DNA of 64,000 nt, from the NCBI GenBank assembly GCA_964645835.1, contig CAZYDG010000052.1, forward strand, positions 23,877 through 87,876, read 5' to 3'. A program made the position numbers and the translations under genes. This document shows positions 42,239 to 51,522 of this stretch, in pieces. This DNA is from an uncultured Syntrophaceae bacterium (GTDB lineage Bacteria; Desulfobacterota; Syntrophia; Syntrophales; UBA8958). Position 1 is the stretch's first letter; each line of letters starts with the position of its first letter. Under the pieces are notes generated by a model that had not been told where the DNA came from, made no database searches, and saw only the letters and a program-made list of their open reading frames with translations.

Positions 42239-42430
42239 GTGCGTGAGGCAGAAGGTGCCTCGCGTCGGGACGCATTGAAGGTTTTTCGTGCACCGGACCT
42301 GCAAAGCGAAGCAGCAGGAGGGACACATGTCTGAGCGCCAAGCGCGAGTTTGTGTCCTGACTGCGGAGCGCGCCGTTGTCCGGTCCGAAAAAGTTTCAGC
42401 GGCCAGCGAGGCCCTTTGCCCGTAGCACGG
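42239..42430. repeat. Long stem-loop MITE/REP-like element 2, inverted relative to element 1
   Basis: Arms GCCTCGC/GCGAGGC, TTTTTCG/CGAAAAA, ACCGGAC/GTCCGGT, GGACACA/TGTGTCC; core 42328-42351 is the reverse complement of AAACTCGCGCTTGGCGCTCAGACA. Confidence 0.7.
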
Positions 42431-42515
42431 CCCCTTCTCCTGCACGTTACCGTTGCTCCTCTTATGTCCCTGCCCACGCCAAAGAACTTCTCACTGAGGA
42501 CTCCCACATCCCTCG

Positions 42516-44132
42516 TCAGTGCTCCTGCGTCCCACCTGCCAGCGGCTCTCCACGCAGGTCCGTGTCCCTTTCCCTTTCTCCCTTCATTACCAGGGCATTG
42601 GCCAGGAGCTCGTGTACACCCATGACCGACACCTCGGGCACCCAGTATTCCATGAGGGCCGTCAGCGTGGCCCGGTCAATTGCGCACATGCACGCCAGGC
42701 GGTTGACCCCATACTTTTCGACCACAGCCTTCACCGCCATGGCCCGGGGCATTCCTCCCCGCATTCGCATTTCGAAATTTTCCTCGTTTCCCAGACCCGC
42801 GCCGGAACCACAACAGAGCGTCTTCTCACGAATCGTGTCCTCCGCCATCTCATAGAAATGGTTGCATGCGTGTTTAATTATGTATCGCGGCTCTTCCAGA
42901 AGCCCCATGGCCCGGGCCGGATTGCATGAATCATGGTACGTGACGCGAAGGTGGTCGTTTCTTCCGGGATCCAGTTTCAGCTTGCCGTGCTTGATCAGGT
43001 CCGCCGTGAATTCTGCGATATGGACCATCTTTGTCGATTTGGCGTTTTCGAAGCGCGTGCCTGTTACAGGTGAGACCGGTACTTCCAGAAACTCCGCCGG
43101 CCCGGTCATAGTGTCCATGTACTGGTGAATCACCCGCCACACATGCCCACACTCCCCGCCCAGTATCCATTTCACTCCCAGACGCTTGGCCTCGGCATAC
43201 ATTTTAGAGTTGAGGCGCTTGACCATCTCGTGGGAGGTGAACAGTCCGAAATTTCCCCCTTCCGAGGCATAGGTGCTGAAGGTATAGTTGAGGCCGATCT
43301 CATGGAAGAGCATCATATAGCCCATGCAGGTGTATGTACCCGGATCGGCAAAGAGATCTCCCGACGGGGTTATAAAGAGGATATCGGCCCCCTTCTTGTT
43401 GATGGGGACCTCTACCCGGACGCCGGTGCGATCCTCAATATCATCGGCCATGAATTCAAGCATGTCCTTGATGCCGCCGGGCAGTATACCCAGATGGTTT
43501 CCTGTACAGAAATAATTGGCCGCAGGCTCGATGACCCAGTTGATGTTGCAGCCCACCAGGTTGAGAAGCTCCCGCCCGATCATGGTGATCTCCGCCTGGT
43601 CGATGCCGTAGGGACAGAAGACGGAGCAGCGCCGGCATTCGGTGCACTGGAAGAAGTAGTAGAACCACTCCTTGAGCACTTCCTCCGTCAGTTCCCTGGC
43701 ACCGGCGAGCTTTCCCAGACGCTTGCCCGTCTTGGTAAAGTAGTAGCGGTAGACCGATCGGATAAGCTCGGCCCGCATGACGGGCATGTTCTTGGGATCG
43801 CCCGTGCCGATATAGAAATGGCATTTATCCGCGCAGGCGCCACAGCGCACGCAAATGTCCATGAACAGACGGAAGGAACGGTATTTCTCCAGACGCTCCT
43901 TCATCCCCTCGATGATGATCTCCTTCCAGTTCGAAGGCAGCTTCCAGTCTTCATCCGGGGGCTGCCATTGCCGGGGATTGGGGAGATCAAGGGCCGTCAG
44001 GTTCTTCGCCGCCCCGCTGTAGCTCCAGGTGCCGGACCGGAATTCGACGGGTGTCTCCATCCAGCCCTTCTTCGGCGGTTTGTGCCGCACCTGAATTAAA
44101 TCTTCTTTCGTTTGTTTCTTTTCCGCTGACAC
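42516..44132 (-). CDS. dsrK: DsrK (HdrD-like, 4Fe-4S and CCG domains)
   Basis: CVRCGACADKCH, CTECRRCSVFCPYGID, GECGH, YHDSCN, CCGSG, CAID. Confidence 0.95.
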   Translation of the reverse strand: MSAEKKQTKEDLIQVRHKPPKKGWMETPVEFRSGTWSYSGAAKNLTALDLPNPRQWQPPDEDWKLPSNWKEIIIEGMKERLEKYRSFRLFMDICVRCGACADKCHFYIGTGDPKNMPVMRAELIRSVYRYYFTKTGKRLGKLAGARELTEEVLKEWFYYFFQCTECRRCSVFCPYGIDQAEITMIGRELLNLVGCNINWVIEPAANYFCTGNHLGILPGGIKDMLEFMADDIEDRTGVRVEVPINKKGADILFITPSGDLFADPGTYTCMGYMMLFHEIGLNYTFSTYASEGGNFGLFTSHEMVKRLNSKMYAEAKRLGVKWILGGECGHVWRVIHQYMDTMTGPAEFLEVPVSPVTGTRFENAKSTKMVHIAEFTADLIKHGKLKLDPGRNDHLRVTYHDSCNPARAMGLLEEPRYIIKHACNHFYEMAEDTIREKTLCCGSGAGLGNEENFEMRMRGGMPRAMAVKAVVEKYGVNRLACMCAIDRATLTALMEYWVPEVSVMGVHELLANALVMKGERERDTDLRGEPLAGGTQEH

Positions 44133-44134
44133 TC

Positions 44135-45037
44135 TTACTCCTTTTCCACGGGCAGGTCGGCTGCCTTCATCTTGTCATGGAATTCATCCTCGTACTCCTC
44201 GTAGGTATGCACCTTGACCGGGCAATCCCATGGGTTGATGTGACGCCGCATCCGGCTGTCGTTGGCCAGATTGCGCGTCGGGCTGAGAAAGATTCCGGGC
44301 ATGTGCATGAGTTTACTGAATGGGAACCAGGCGAAAAGGATGCAGACGAGAAACAGGTGTACGTGGAAGACTGGACCGGCATCCTTCGGAACAACAGGAG
44401 AAAGAGCCGGCCAACTCATGACCAGGGTTTTGATTTGCAGCAGGTCCACAGGAGCGATGTGACGCATCCAGAGACCCGTGACGGCGATGCCCATGATTAA
44501 TAATAGTGCAAAATAGTCCGCCATGTAGCTGATATAGCGCCACAAGGGTATGGTAATCCGCCGCAGGAAAAGAAAAGATGCAGAAACAAGGAGCGCTGCA
44601 TCGGTGAGGTATAATGTGGGGACCCCGATCTCGAAGAACCCGTCCACTAAGGAAAGGCCGTTAATCAGGCCCGGGACCGGCTCCAGGAAGAACCGCAGAT
44701 GCCTGACGACGATGAAAAAAAGGGACCAGTGAAACATGAGGCCGAACAACCACAGCCACTTGGCGCTGCCGTAGACTGGCCGCTCATCAGTCATGTCCAT
44801 GCGGATATTGCGGAACAGTGAACGAAAAAAGAAAAGCTCCAGAAACATGCGGGCCGCCACACCCATGGTGGTCGTGGGGTTGTCCAGGGGGCTCGCCTTG
44901 ATCCAGGGGAGGGATTCCTCCTGGCCGCAGGTCGTGGGTATACGGAAGGGCACGGGTGATTTAGCCCACACGACTACGCGGTAGATGAAACCGCCCAGGA
45001 AGACGGCAAAAGCCGCGTAGGGCAGGATACCGGCCAT
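44135..45037 (-). CDS. dsrM: DsrM cytochrome b, apparently 5'-truncated
   Basis: WAKSPVPFRIPTTCGQ, FHWS, RHLRFF, HLFLV, FPFSKLMHMPG, SPTRN; no SD, and it directly abuts dsrK2 coding sequence. Confidence 0.88.
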   Translation of the reverse strand: MAGILPYAAFAVFLGGFIYRVVVWAKSPVPFRIPTTCGQEESLPWIKASPLDNPTTTMGVAARMFLELFFFRSLFRNIRMDMTDERPVYGSAKWLWLFGLMFHWSLFFIVVRHLRFFLEPVPGLINGLSLVDGFFEIGVPTLYLTDAALLVSASFLFLRRITIPLWRYISYMADYFALLLIMGIAVTGLWMRHIAPVDLLQIKTLVMSWPALSPVVPKDAGPVFHVHLFLVCILFAWFPFSKLMHMPGIFLSPTRNLANDSRMRRHINPWDCPVKVHTYEEYEDEFHDKMKAADLPVEKE

Positions 45038-46079
45038 GATTGCAGGGATCGTGGTACGTGACCGGGTCGGGATTCTTGCCCGGGTCAAAGCGAAGCCGGC
45101 CGTCCTTCATGAATTGGTGGCTCACCTGAAGGATGCTCTTGATACCGATCTTCCGATATTCCTTTTTGCCGTAGACGTTCTGGAACAGGAGGCCCGCCTT
45201 GGTGGCATGGCCGCATTCCCCGATAACCAGGGTCTTGCACCCCAGGTCATAGGCTGTGACCAGGAGGCGGTTTAGGACCTTGTCGAGGACCTCATCACTG
45301 TAGAACAGGCCGTAATTTATGGCATCATAGTTTTCCGTGCTCACGGTCCAACTGGCGCCGGCGGCATGGAAGACCTTGGCGATACCCATCAGGGTATCCG
45401 CCTCCATGATATAGTCGCTTACGGGCGCGGCAAACATGTACTCGGCATTGCGCACATCACGGGGAATGGGGATGTCTACGCCTGTTTCATCCTTCAGTTC
45501 TTCCTCAAGGAAATCGAGGGTGTCGATGAAGGCGGCCTTGGGAACGGAAGAGGTGTTGCCGATCTCACCAAGTTGGGCACGAACACTCACCGTCATATTT
45601 TTTGGAACAAAGCCCAACTCACCCAGGAGTACCCGGCCGATGCGTGTGATCAGTGCGTTATCAATGGCCAGGGGACAGTTGACCGCACAGCGCCGGCACA
45701 TCATGCAGTGATAGAAGCCTTCCACCATGGCGTCTATGTCCTCCGCCGTCGCTTCCTTGGCGCCCACAAGACCGCCCAGGATCTTACCCGAAGGCGTAAA
45801 ATACTTCCGGTAAATCCGCCGCAAAAGGTCGGACCGCCACGCCGGCAGGTCCCGTACATCCCCCGTGGTCTGGTAGACCTGGCACTGCTCGGCACAGTTG
45901 CTGCACTTGGCGCACGTATCCAGATAAAGCTCAAGGGGCTGCGCATAGGGGTCGGCCCGGAGCAGTTCGGCAAAGGCGCTGACCAACCGCGCGGCCCGCT
46001 CTTCCCTGGGCAGGGGCGCTTCGCTCCGGTAAGTATAAGCCGGATCCCCGGTTCTTTTCTTTTCTGCCTGATCAGTCAT
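44961..46079 (-). pseudogene. Second DsrK-like protein (DsrK2), truncated after YHDPCN
   Basis: CAKCSNCAEQC, CMMCRRCAVNC, GECGH, YHDPCNHGR, then it reads out of frame through dsrM. Confidence 0.8.
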
Positions 46080-46091
46080 TCCGTCCCCCTG

Positions 46092-46751
46092 TCAGTGGCT
46101 CTGCCAGTTGATCCTGTGATAGGTGAAATATTTGGCCACGTAATGGATCATCTTGCTCCAGGGCAGGTAGATGAAGAACAGCCCACCGAGGAAGATGACC
46201 ACAAGCTGGGCCCTGGAGATGAATGCTGTGTCGGGCGCAAACGTGATCAGACTCATGATGTAATAGCGCGGGGGGAAATATCCTTCCAGAAACTGGGTAA
46301 AAAAAGCCGCGGCGGCAACCACGGCGATGAAGGCCAAGTTGAAAAACTCCTCACCCGATGAGAGTGCCCGCAAATTCCTGTCCACCAGACGCAGCCAGAT
46401 GATGTAGCAGGCGGCCACAAGCATGAGAAGGAGAAAAAATTTGGCCGCGGTGCTGGGAAGCATTCCCGCCACATAGGCCAGGCTGAATATCACAAACCCG
46501 GCCATGGCCATGTGCAGACTGTACGTGCCGATCCAGAGACGGCGATTGAATTGATACACAGTGCCAAAGGTGAGGATCTCCTTCAGCATGTAGGTAAGCT
46601 GCTCCGTAACATTCACGGGTACTGGATAGAGGGTCCATTTCACATGCGCCGGCTGGCGGAGCCAGTGGATAATCCGCAATGCCGTGCCCAGTATGAACAG
46701 GCTGCCGCTTACATAGGGAAAGACCGCCATGATATAATCCATGTCGTTCAT
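46092..46751 (-). CDS. Short NarI/DsrM-like cytochrome b (DsrM2)
   Basis: WTLYPVP, LHMAM, YLPWSKMIHY; several TM segments; lies between dsrC and dsrK2. Confidence 0.8.
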   Translation of the reverse strand: MNDMDYIMAVFPYVSGSLFILGTALRIIHWLRQPAHVKWTLYPVPVNVTEQLTYMLKEILTFGTVYQFNRRLWIGTYSLHMAMAGFVIFSLAYVAGMLPSTAAKFFLLLMLVAACYIIWLRLVDRNLRALSSGEEFFNLAFIAVVAAAAFFTQFLEGYFPPRYYIMSLITFAPDTAFISRAQLVVIFLGGLFFIYLPWSKMIHYVAKYFTYHRINWQSH

Positions 46752-46820
46752 GATTCATTCCTCACCGAATGTGGATGATCCCCACTGAACTCCTTATCCT
46801 GCTACCCTTTGCCTATGCGA

Positions 46821-47141
46821 CTAGACGCACCCCGTAGGCTTCGAAAGCCCTGCGAGCTTGCAAGCGCCCTTTGCCGGTCCGGTAGGGAAGAGCTCGTAGA
46901 GCTTCTTCATATCGATACCATTGTCTTTGCAAACCTTGCGTACCATGGGGGCTATGCCGAATTTATGGAAATAGTCCCGCAGATAGTTGATAATCTTCCA
47001 GTGTTCTTCGGTCAGAGGCCCTTCTATATCCTCCGTGCTTGCATAGGCCTGGGCAAATTCCTCGCTCCACTTGTCCAGTTCCTGGAGGAAACCGTCTTCA
47101 TCCACTTCGTATGTTTTTCCTGCCAATTCTATTTGCGGCAT
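46821..47141 (-). CDS. dsrC: DsrC sulfur carrier
   Basis: VDEDGFL; C-terminus GACKLAGLSKPTGCV retains both cysteines. Confidence 0.96.
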   Translation of the reverse strand: MPQIELAGKTYEVDEDGFLQELDKWSEEFAQAYASTEDIEGPLTEEHWKIINYLRDYFHKFGIAPMVRKVCKDNGIDMKKLYELFPTGPAKGACKLAGLSKPTGCV

Positions 47142-47304
47142 ATGTTAAAACCTCCCTTTATATTGTTAAAATAAATAATATTCTTTATGGCGTACTGCGT
47201 CACCCACGAAAAGAGGGAAACTGTACCGTAATTCATTTTTCCTGTCATTTCGAGTAACTGACCCCAGTGACAGGCAATGGTGTTTTTCATGAAAGAAACT
47301 TGGT

Positions 47305-47388
47305 GTCATTGCGAGACGCCTCTCAGGCGTCGTGGCAATCTATCTATAATGAGTAAAAGAAAGATTGCCGCGCTTCGCTCGCAATGAC
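47305..47388. repeat. REP-like palindromic element
   Basis: GTCATTGCGAG...GGCAATC / GATTGCC...CTCGCAATGAC. Confidence 0.75.
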
Positions 47389-47422
47389 TCTTCATGTTTC
47401 TTTCGAGGGCAGGCGAGAAATC

Positions 47423-48901
47423 TTAGTACTCGGAATCACCTAATAATACCTCACATACGTTCGGAATGACTATTTGCATCAAAGTCTCATGCTGACAGGA
47501 GTGAAAACTCTGCTCTGCCTTCCACCTCCGGCCTGCCGCCAACATACCCGAAGCCCATTTCGGAGCGCCAAGGGCGTGGAGGTGTATGAAGCCTGCCAAG
47601 ATATTCTTATGGATGATTCCATCCCGGCCGCCACCCATCCCGGTTCCCCGGATGATATTATAAACCGTCTCGCACCCTTCTCCCGGCCGCCCGATGAGGC
47701 GCGAGTAATGGAACTCATGGCCGCGGAGCCTAGTGCCCACAGGGAAGAACGGGTTCTGCCGATCGACCTCGACCACCGTATAGCCATGCCCCTGGGGCCG
47801 CCGTTCCATAGCAAAACTTACGGGGAGCGCGCCCACCATGGGATAGATCAGATCGCCCACGGTAAGGGTCTCCCCCAGGTACATGAGCCCGCCGCACTCA
47901 GCGTATATAGGCAGACCATTTTCCGTCGCCCTTTTCACCGAATCTCGAAATCCCACATTTTCCGAAAGAGCCTTGGCCTGCGTTTCCGGAAAACCGCCGC
48001 CGATGTACAGGCAATCGATTACGGGCAGTTCCCTGTCATCCAGTGCGTTGATGAAGATAATATCTGCCCCGGCATCCGTCAAGGCCTCCAGATTGTCATG
48101 ATAATAAAATTGAAATGCCCTGTCCCGGATAACCCCCACCCTTACGGGGTCGAGTCCGGATTCGACTGCCGCAGGTTTGTGGGGGAAGACGTCAATAGTC
48201 CAGGCCGGCGCGCTTCTGGCAATCCGGATCAGACCATCCAGGTCCAGGAAGTCCCGGGCGATGCCCCTGATCCCGTCAATGGCGGTCATGATACTCCCGT
48301 GCTCCTGGGGGGGAACCAGACCTAGATGCCTTTCACAGAGGGGCATGTCCGGAAGCCGCGGGATGGTCCCCAGAACCGGCAGGTTACAGTATTCTTCCAC
48401 GGACTGCCTGATCACGTTCGCGTGACGTTTGCCGCTGACACGGCTCAGGATGACGCCCCGGATGTCGAGATCCGCATCGAGATGGCAGCAGCCCAGGACC
48501 ATGGCCGCAGCAGTCCGCGTCACCTTGTCACAGTCTACCACAAGAACCACCGGCGCATGGAGGAGCTTGGCGAGCTCGGCAGTGCTGAATTCGCCCTCCA
48601 CATTCATTCCGTCGAAAAGTCCCCGGTTCCCCTCGATAATAGCAATGGAGCCGTCCCTGGTATGCCGGGAAAAGCATCGCGTAACCTGTTCCGATCCCAT
48701 GATGAAGGCATCCAGGTTGTAACAGGGCGTCCCTGCTGCCAGGGAAAGCCAGGCCGCGTCTATATAGTCTGGTCCCTTCTTGAAGGGAACCACTGCCATA
48801 CCTTCTTCACACAGTGCCGCTGCCAGGGCCACAGAAACCGTGGTCTTTCCTGCTCCACCTCGAAGAGCGGCAATGACGATACGCGCCGCTTGATTATCCA
48901 T
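47423..48901 (-). CDS. dsrN: DsrN (cobyrinate a,c-diamide synthase family, siroheme amidase)
   Basis: GGAGKT, KKGPDYID, EGNRGLFDG, AECGGLMYL, GHEFHYS; dsr context. Confidence 0.88.
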   Translation of the reverse strand: MDNQAARIVIAALRGGAGKTTVSVALAAALCEEGMAVVPFKKGPDYIDAAWLSLAAGTPCYNLDAFIMGSEQVTRCFSRHTRDGSIAIIEGNRGLFDGMNVEGEFSTAELAKLLHAPVVLVVDCDKVTRTAAAMVLGCCHLDADLDIRGVILSRVSGKRHANVIRQSVEEYCNLPVLGTIPRLPDMPLCERHLGLVPPQEHGSIMTAIDGIRGIARDFLDLDGLIRIARSAPAWTIDVFPHKPAAVESGLDPVRVGVIRDRAFQFYYHDNLEALTDAGADIIFINALDDRELPVIDCLYIGGGFPETQAKALSENVGFRDSVKRATENGLPIYAECGGLMYLGETLTVGDLIYPMVGALPVSFAMERRPQGHGYTVVEVDRQNPFFPVGTRLRGHEFHYSRLIGRPGEGCETVYNIIRGTGMGGGRDGIIHKNILAGFIHLHALGAPKWASGMLAAGRRWKAEQSFHSCQHETLMQIVIPNVCEVLLGDSEY

Positions 48902-48907
48902 ATCCGC

Positions 48908-49135
48908 TCAACACTCTTTCGGGAAAAATTCCTTGAGCATGATATAGGTCGTACTCCCGCTCGACCAGTAGACAAGTATCTCTTCATTCAGAAGAGATTT
49001 CACCGCTTCCTGGACCGCGTGTCGGTCCTCATCCGGGAGCCATTTCGTAACGTCACGGATGTAGAACATCTTCTTGTCGCCTTTAGACTTCTCACAGAAT
49101 AGCTGGGTGATCTTCTTCTTCAGTTCTTCACTCAT
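48908..49135 (-). CDS. dsrD: DsrD
   Basis: KKMFYIRD...YWSSGSTT; immediately after dsrB. Confidence 0.93.
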   Translation of the reverse strand: MSEELKKKITQLFCEKSKGDKKMFYIRDVTKWLPDEDRHAVQEAVKSLLNEEILVYWSSGSTTYIMLKEFFPKEC

Positions 49136-49137
49136 CT

Positions 49138-50196
49138 TCAACTCCACTTGAACTGGATAGAGGTCCGGAATGTTTCCGTGGCCAAGGTGAAATCATCGAT
49201 ATGCTTGTCCGTAAACGGGATACCTGTGAGGGTAAAGAACCGTTCCCACCCGATACGGTCGATCCACTCGCTAACCCGTTCATGCTTCTTCGCGTGGCTG
49301 GCGTACACTTCCACGATATTCTTCACCGCGTCAACCACTTCCGGCCAGCGTGGAGGATTGTTCGGCAGGTACGGGATGGCGAGCTTCGAAAACGTGGGAG
49401 GGGTGCGGGCATTGGATACCTTACCACCCACCCAGATAGAAATACCGTCGTTCTCCGGGTCCGCGATGGGCATGGCCGGGCAGACAGTGTAGCAGTTGCC
49501 GCAATACATACACTTGTCGTTGTTGACAGAGACGGTCTTGTTTTTCATATCGCCGCGGATGGCGCCCGTGGGACACGATGCCACTGTGGAAGGGATCTCG
49601 CACAGATTCGGGACCCGCGTGTTGTCCGGTTTCGGAACGGTCCTGTGGATACCCAGGATGGCGATGTCGGAGCAATGGACGGCGCCGCACATATTCAGAC
49701 AGCAGGCCAGGGCAATGCGGACATGATTGGGAAGCTTCATGGACACGAAGTATTCATATATCTCGTCCATAAGGGCCTTGACCGGTCCCGAGGCATCCGT
49801 GGCCGGTGTGTGGCAATGGACCCATCCCTGGGTATGGACGATGTTCGAGATGGCGTGCCCGGTGCCTCCGATGGGATAGTTCCGGCTGGTCAGCTCCGCG
49901 ATCAGCGGTTCCACCTGGTCCTTATCGTCCGTCAGGAATTCGATGTTATGACGGCTAGTGAAGCGCAGGTAGCCGTTGCAGTATTTGTCGGCGATCTCGC
50001 AGATCTCACGGATGTGGTCCGTGGAAAGGAGACGCGGCGACCCTGCGCGCACAGTATAAAGAGCCTCTCCCGAGGCGCCAACGTGCATGAGCACGCCGGG
50101 CTTAAGAATTTCGTGATATAGCCATTTTCCGTAATTGCGCTGAATTACGGGGGGTATCATGGCCCTGTAGTCAGGGGGGCCGATATCGGTTGCCAT
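49138..50196 (-). CDS. dsrB: Dissimilatory sulfite reductase beta subunit
   Basis: [45 protein letters not shown]. Confidence 0.97.
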   Translation of the reverse strand: MATDIGPPDYRAMIPPVIQRNYGKWLYHEILKPGVLMHVGASGEALYTVRAGSPRLLSTDHIREICEIADKYCNGYLRFTSRHNIEFLTDDKDQVEPLIAELTSRNYPIGGTGHAISNIVHTQGWVHCHTPATDASGPVKALMDEIYEYFVSMKLPNHVRIALACCLNMCGAVHCSDIAILGIHRTVPKPDNTRVPNLCEIPSTVASCPTGAIRGDMKNKTVSVNNDKCMYCGNCYTVCPAMPIADPENDGISIWVGGKVSNARTPPTFSKLAIPYLPNNPPRWPEVVDAVKNIVEVYASHAKKHERVSEWIDRIGWERFFTLTGIPFTDKHIDDFTLATETFRTSIQFKWS

Positions 50197-50197
50197 A

Positions 50198-51412
50198 TTA
50201 CTCCACCTCCTTTGCAGTTGCATCTGACGCGGGCTTGTTTATTTCCTCTGGCCAGAAGAAAACATAGGGGTTGGTCCGGGGATTCTTCACCATCTGTGGC
50301 AATGCCTGCAAGCCCACAGCCCTGAGAAAGACCCTCATCCCCAGGCGTTTGACGAGTTCTCCCAGCCTTTCCCTTGATTTGCCGTGCTCGTCCCACCAGT
50401 CGAGGATGCGTTCGAGGAGATCCTTGAGCTCCGTGTAGGGCGGCTCCATTTTCATGAAGGGCACAATGACCCAGGAAAGGAGGGCGCCTTCCACGATGGG
50501 GGCCTTGCCGCCGATCAGGAGGGTGGCACCCTTCTCTTCACCCGGGCGCAGGGCTTTGGGCATCAGATTGATGCAGTGCATGCAACGATTGCAGTCTTCG
50601 TTGTAAATCTTAAGTTCCTTCCCATCCCACTCCATGCATCGCGTCGGACAGAGGTCACATACCTCTTTCTGGATGTTCAGATCCGACGCTGCATAGGCGG
50701 TCACGGCCTGCGGATCGATACGTATATCACCTTTCCACGTTCCGATGACCGCCAGGTCCGAACGGGCAATGGAGGCGACGCAGTCATTGGCACAGGCAGC
50801 CACCTTGATCTTGAATTTATAGGGGAACATGGGCCGGTGGATCTGGTCCTGATACGTCATGGTCAGGTTGTAACAGATGTCGAGACTGTCCACGCACGCA
50901 TACTCGCATCGTCCCGGACCCACACAGGCGCTCGGCGTCCGGAGGGCGGAACCCGACCCGCCGAGGTCGAAGCCGGCCTCTGTCAGATCGTCAAAACAGG
51001 CCTGGAGGTGTTCTGTTGTCGTTCCCAGCAGTATCGCATCTCCCGTGGAGCCGTGGAGGTTGGTGAGCCCGCTGCCGTGCTTGTCCCAGACATCACATAG
51101 ACGTCGCAGGGCATCCGTCTTGTAAAACCAGCCCGTGGGATGATTGACACGCATTGTGTGGAAGGCCTGCACGTTAGGAAAGAGGTCGGGCCGGTCCGAA
51201 TAGCGCCCGATCACGCCGGCCCCATATCCTTTCACGCCGACAATCCCTCCATGTTTCCAGTGGCCGATCTTGTCCTTGTACGAAAGCTCCAGCTGGTTTA
51301 CCAGATCCCTGGCCATGGGATTCTTCTTTGCTGCCTGCTTCATGTCCGTAACGAAGCTTGGCCATTTCCCACCTTCCAGTTCATCAAGGAGCGGCGTTTC
51401 TGACTTTGCCAT
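50198..51412 (-). CDS. dsrA: Dissimilatory sulfite reductase alpha subunit
   Basis: [44 protein letters not shown]. Confidence 0.97.
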   Translation of the reverse strand: MAKSETPLLDELEGGKWPSFVTDMKQAAKKNPMARDLVNQLELSYKDKIGHWKHGGIVGVKGYGAGVIGRYSDRPDLFPNVQAFHTMRVNHPTGWFYKTDALRRLCDVWDKHGSGLTNLHGSTGDAILLGTTTEHLQACFDDLTEAGFDLGGSGSALRTPSACVGPGRCEYACVDSLDICYNLTMTYQDQIHRPMFPYKFKIKVAACANDCVASIARSDLAVIGTWKGDIRIDPQAVTAYAASDLNIQKEVCDLCPTRCMEWDGKELKIYNEDCNRCMHCINLMPKALRPGEEKGATLLIGGKAPIVEGALLSWVIVPFMKMEPPYTELKDLLERILDWWDEHGKSRERLGELVKRLGMRVFLRAVGLQALPQMVKNPRTNPYVFFWPEEINKPASDATAKEVE

Positions 51413-51522
51413 GATTTTGCCTCCTTTTGAGAAAATTTGTATGTTCGCTCAGTCAAATAGGCATATGCATAGAATAACCATGCCTGGTTCTCTAATTCAG
51501 CAATATGCAAGAAAAACTCGTC

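Noticed and set aside
41961-42430. Integron attC sites
   Set aside because: I could not identify the RYYYAAC/GTTRRRY boxes; there is no integrase or cassette ORF, and the two elements are in opposite orientation.
41932-42855. Short ORFs in the dsrK-dsrJ gap
   Set aside because: They arise from GC-rich palindromic repeats or are antisense to dsrK, and show no recognisable motifs.
43125-50121. Long plus-strand ORFs (43125-44099, 45366-46361, 47474-48325, 49201-50121)
   Set aside because: Antisense shadows of GC3-rich dsr genes.
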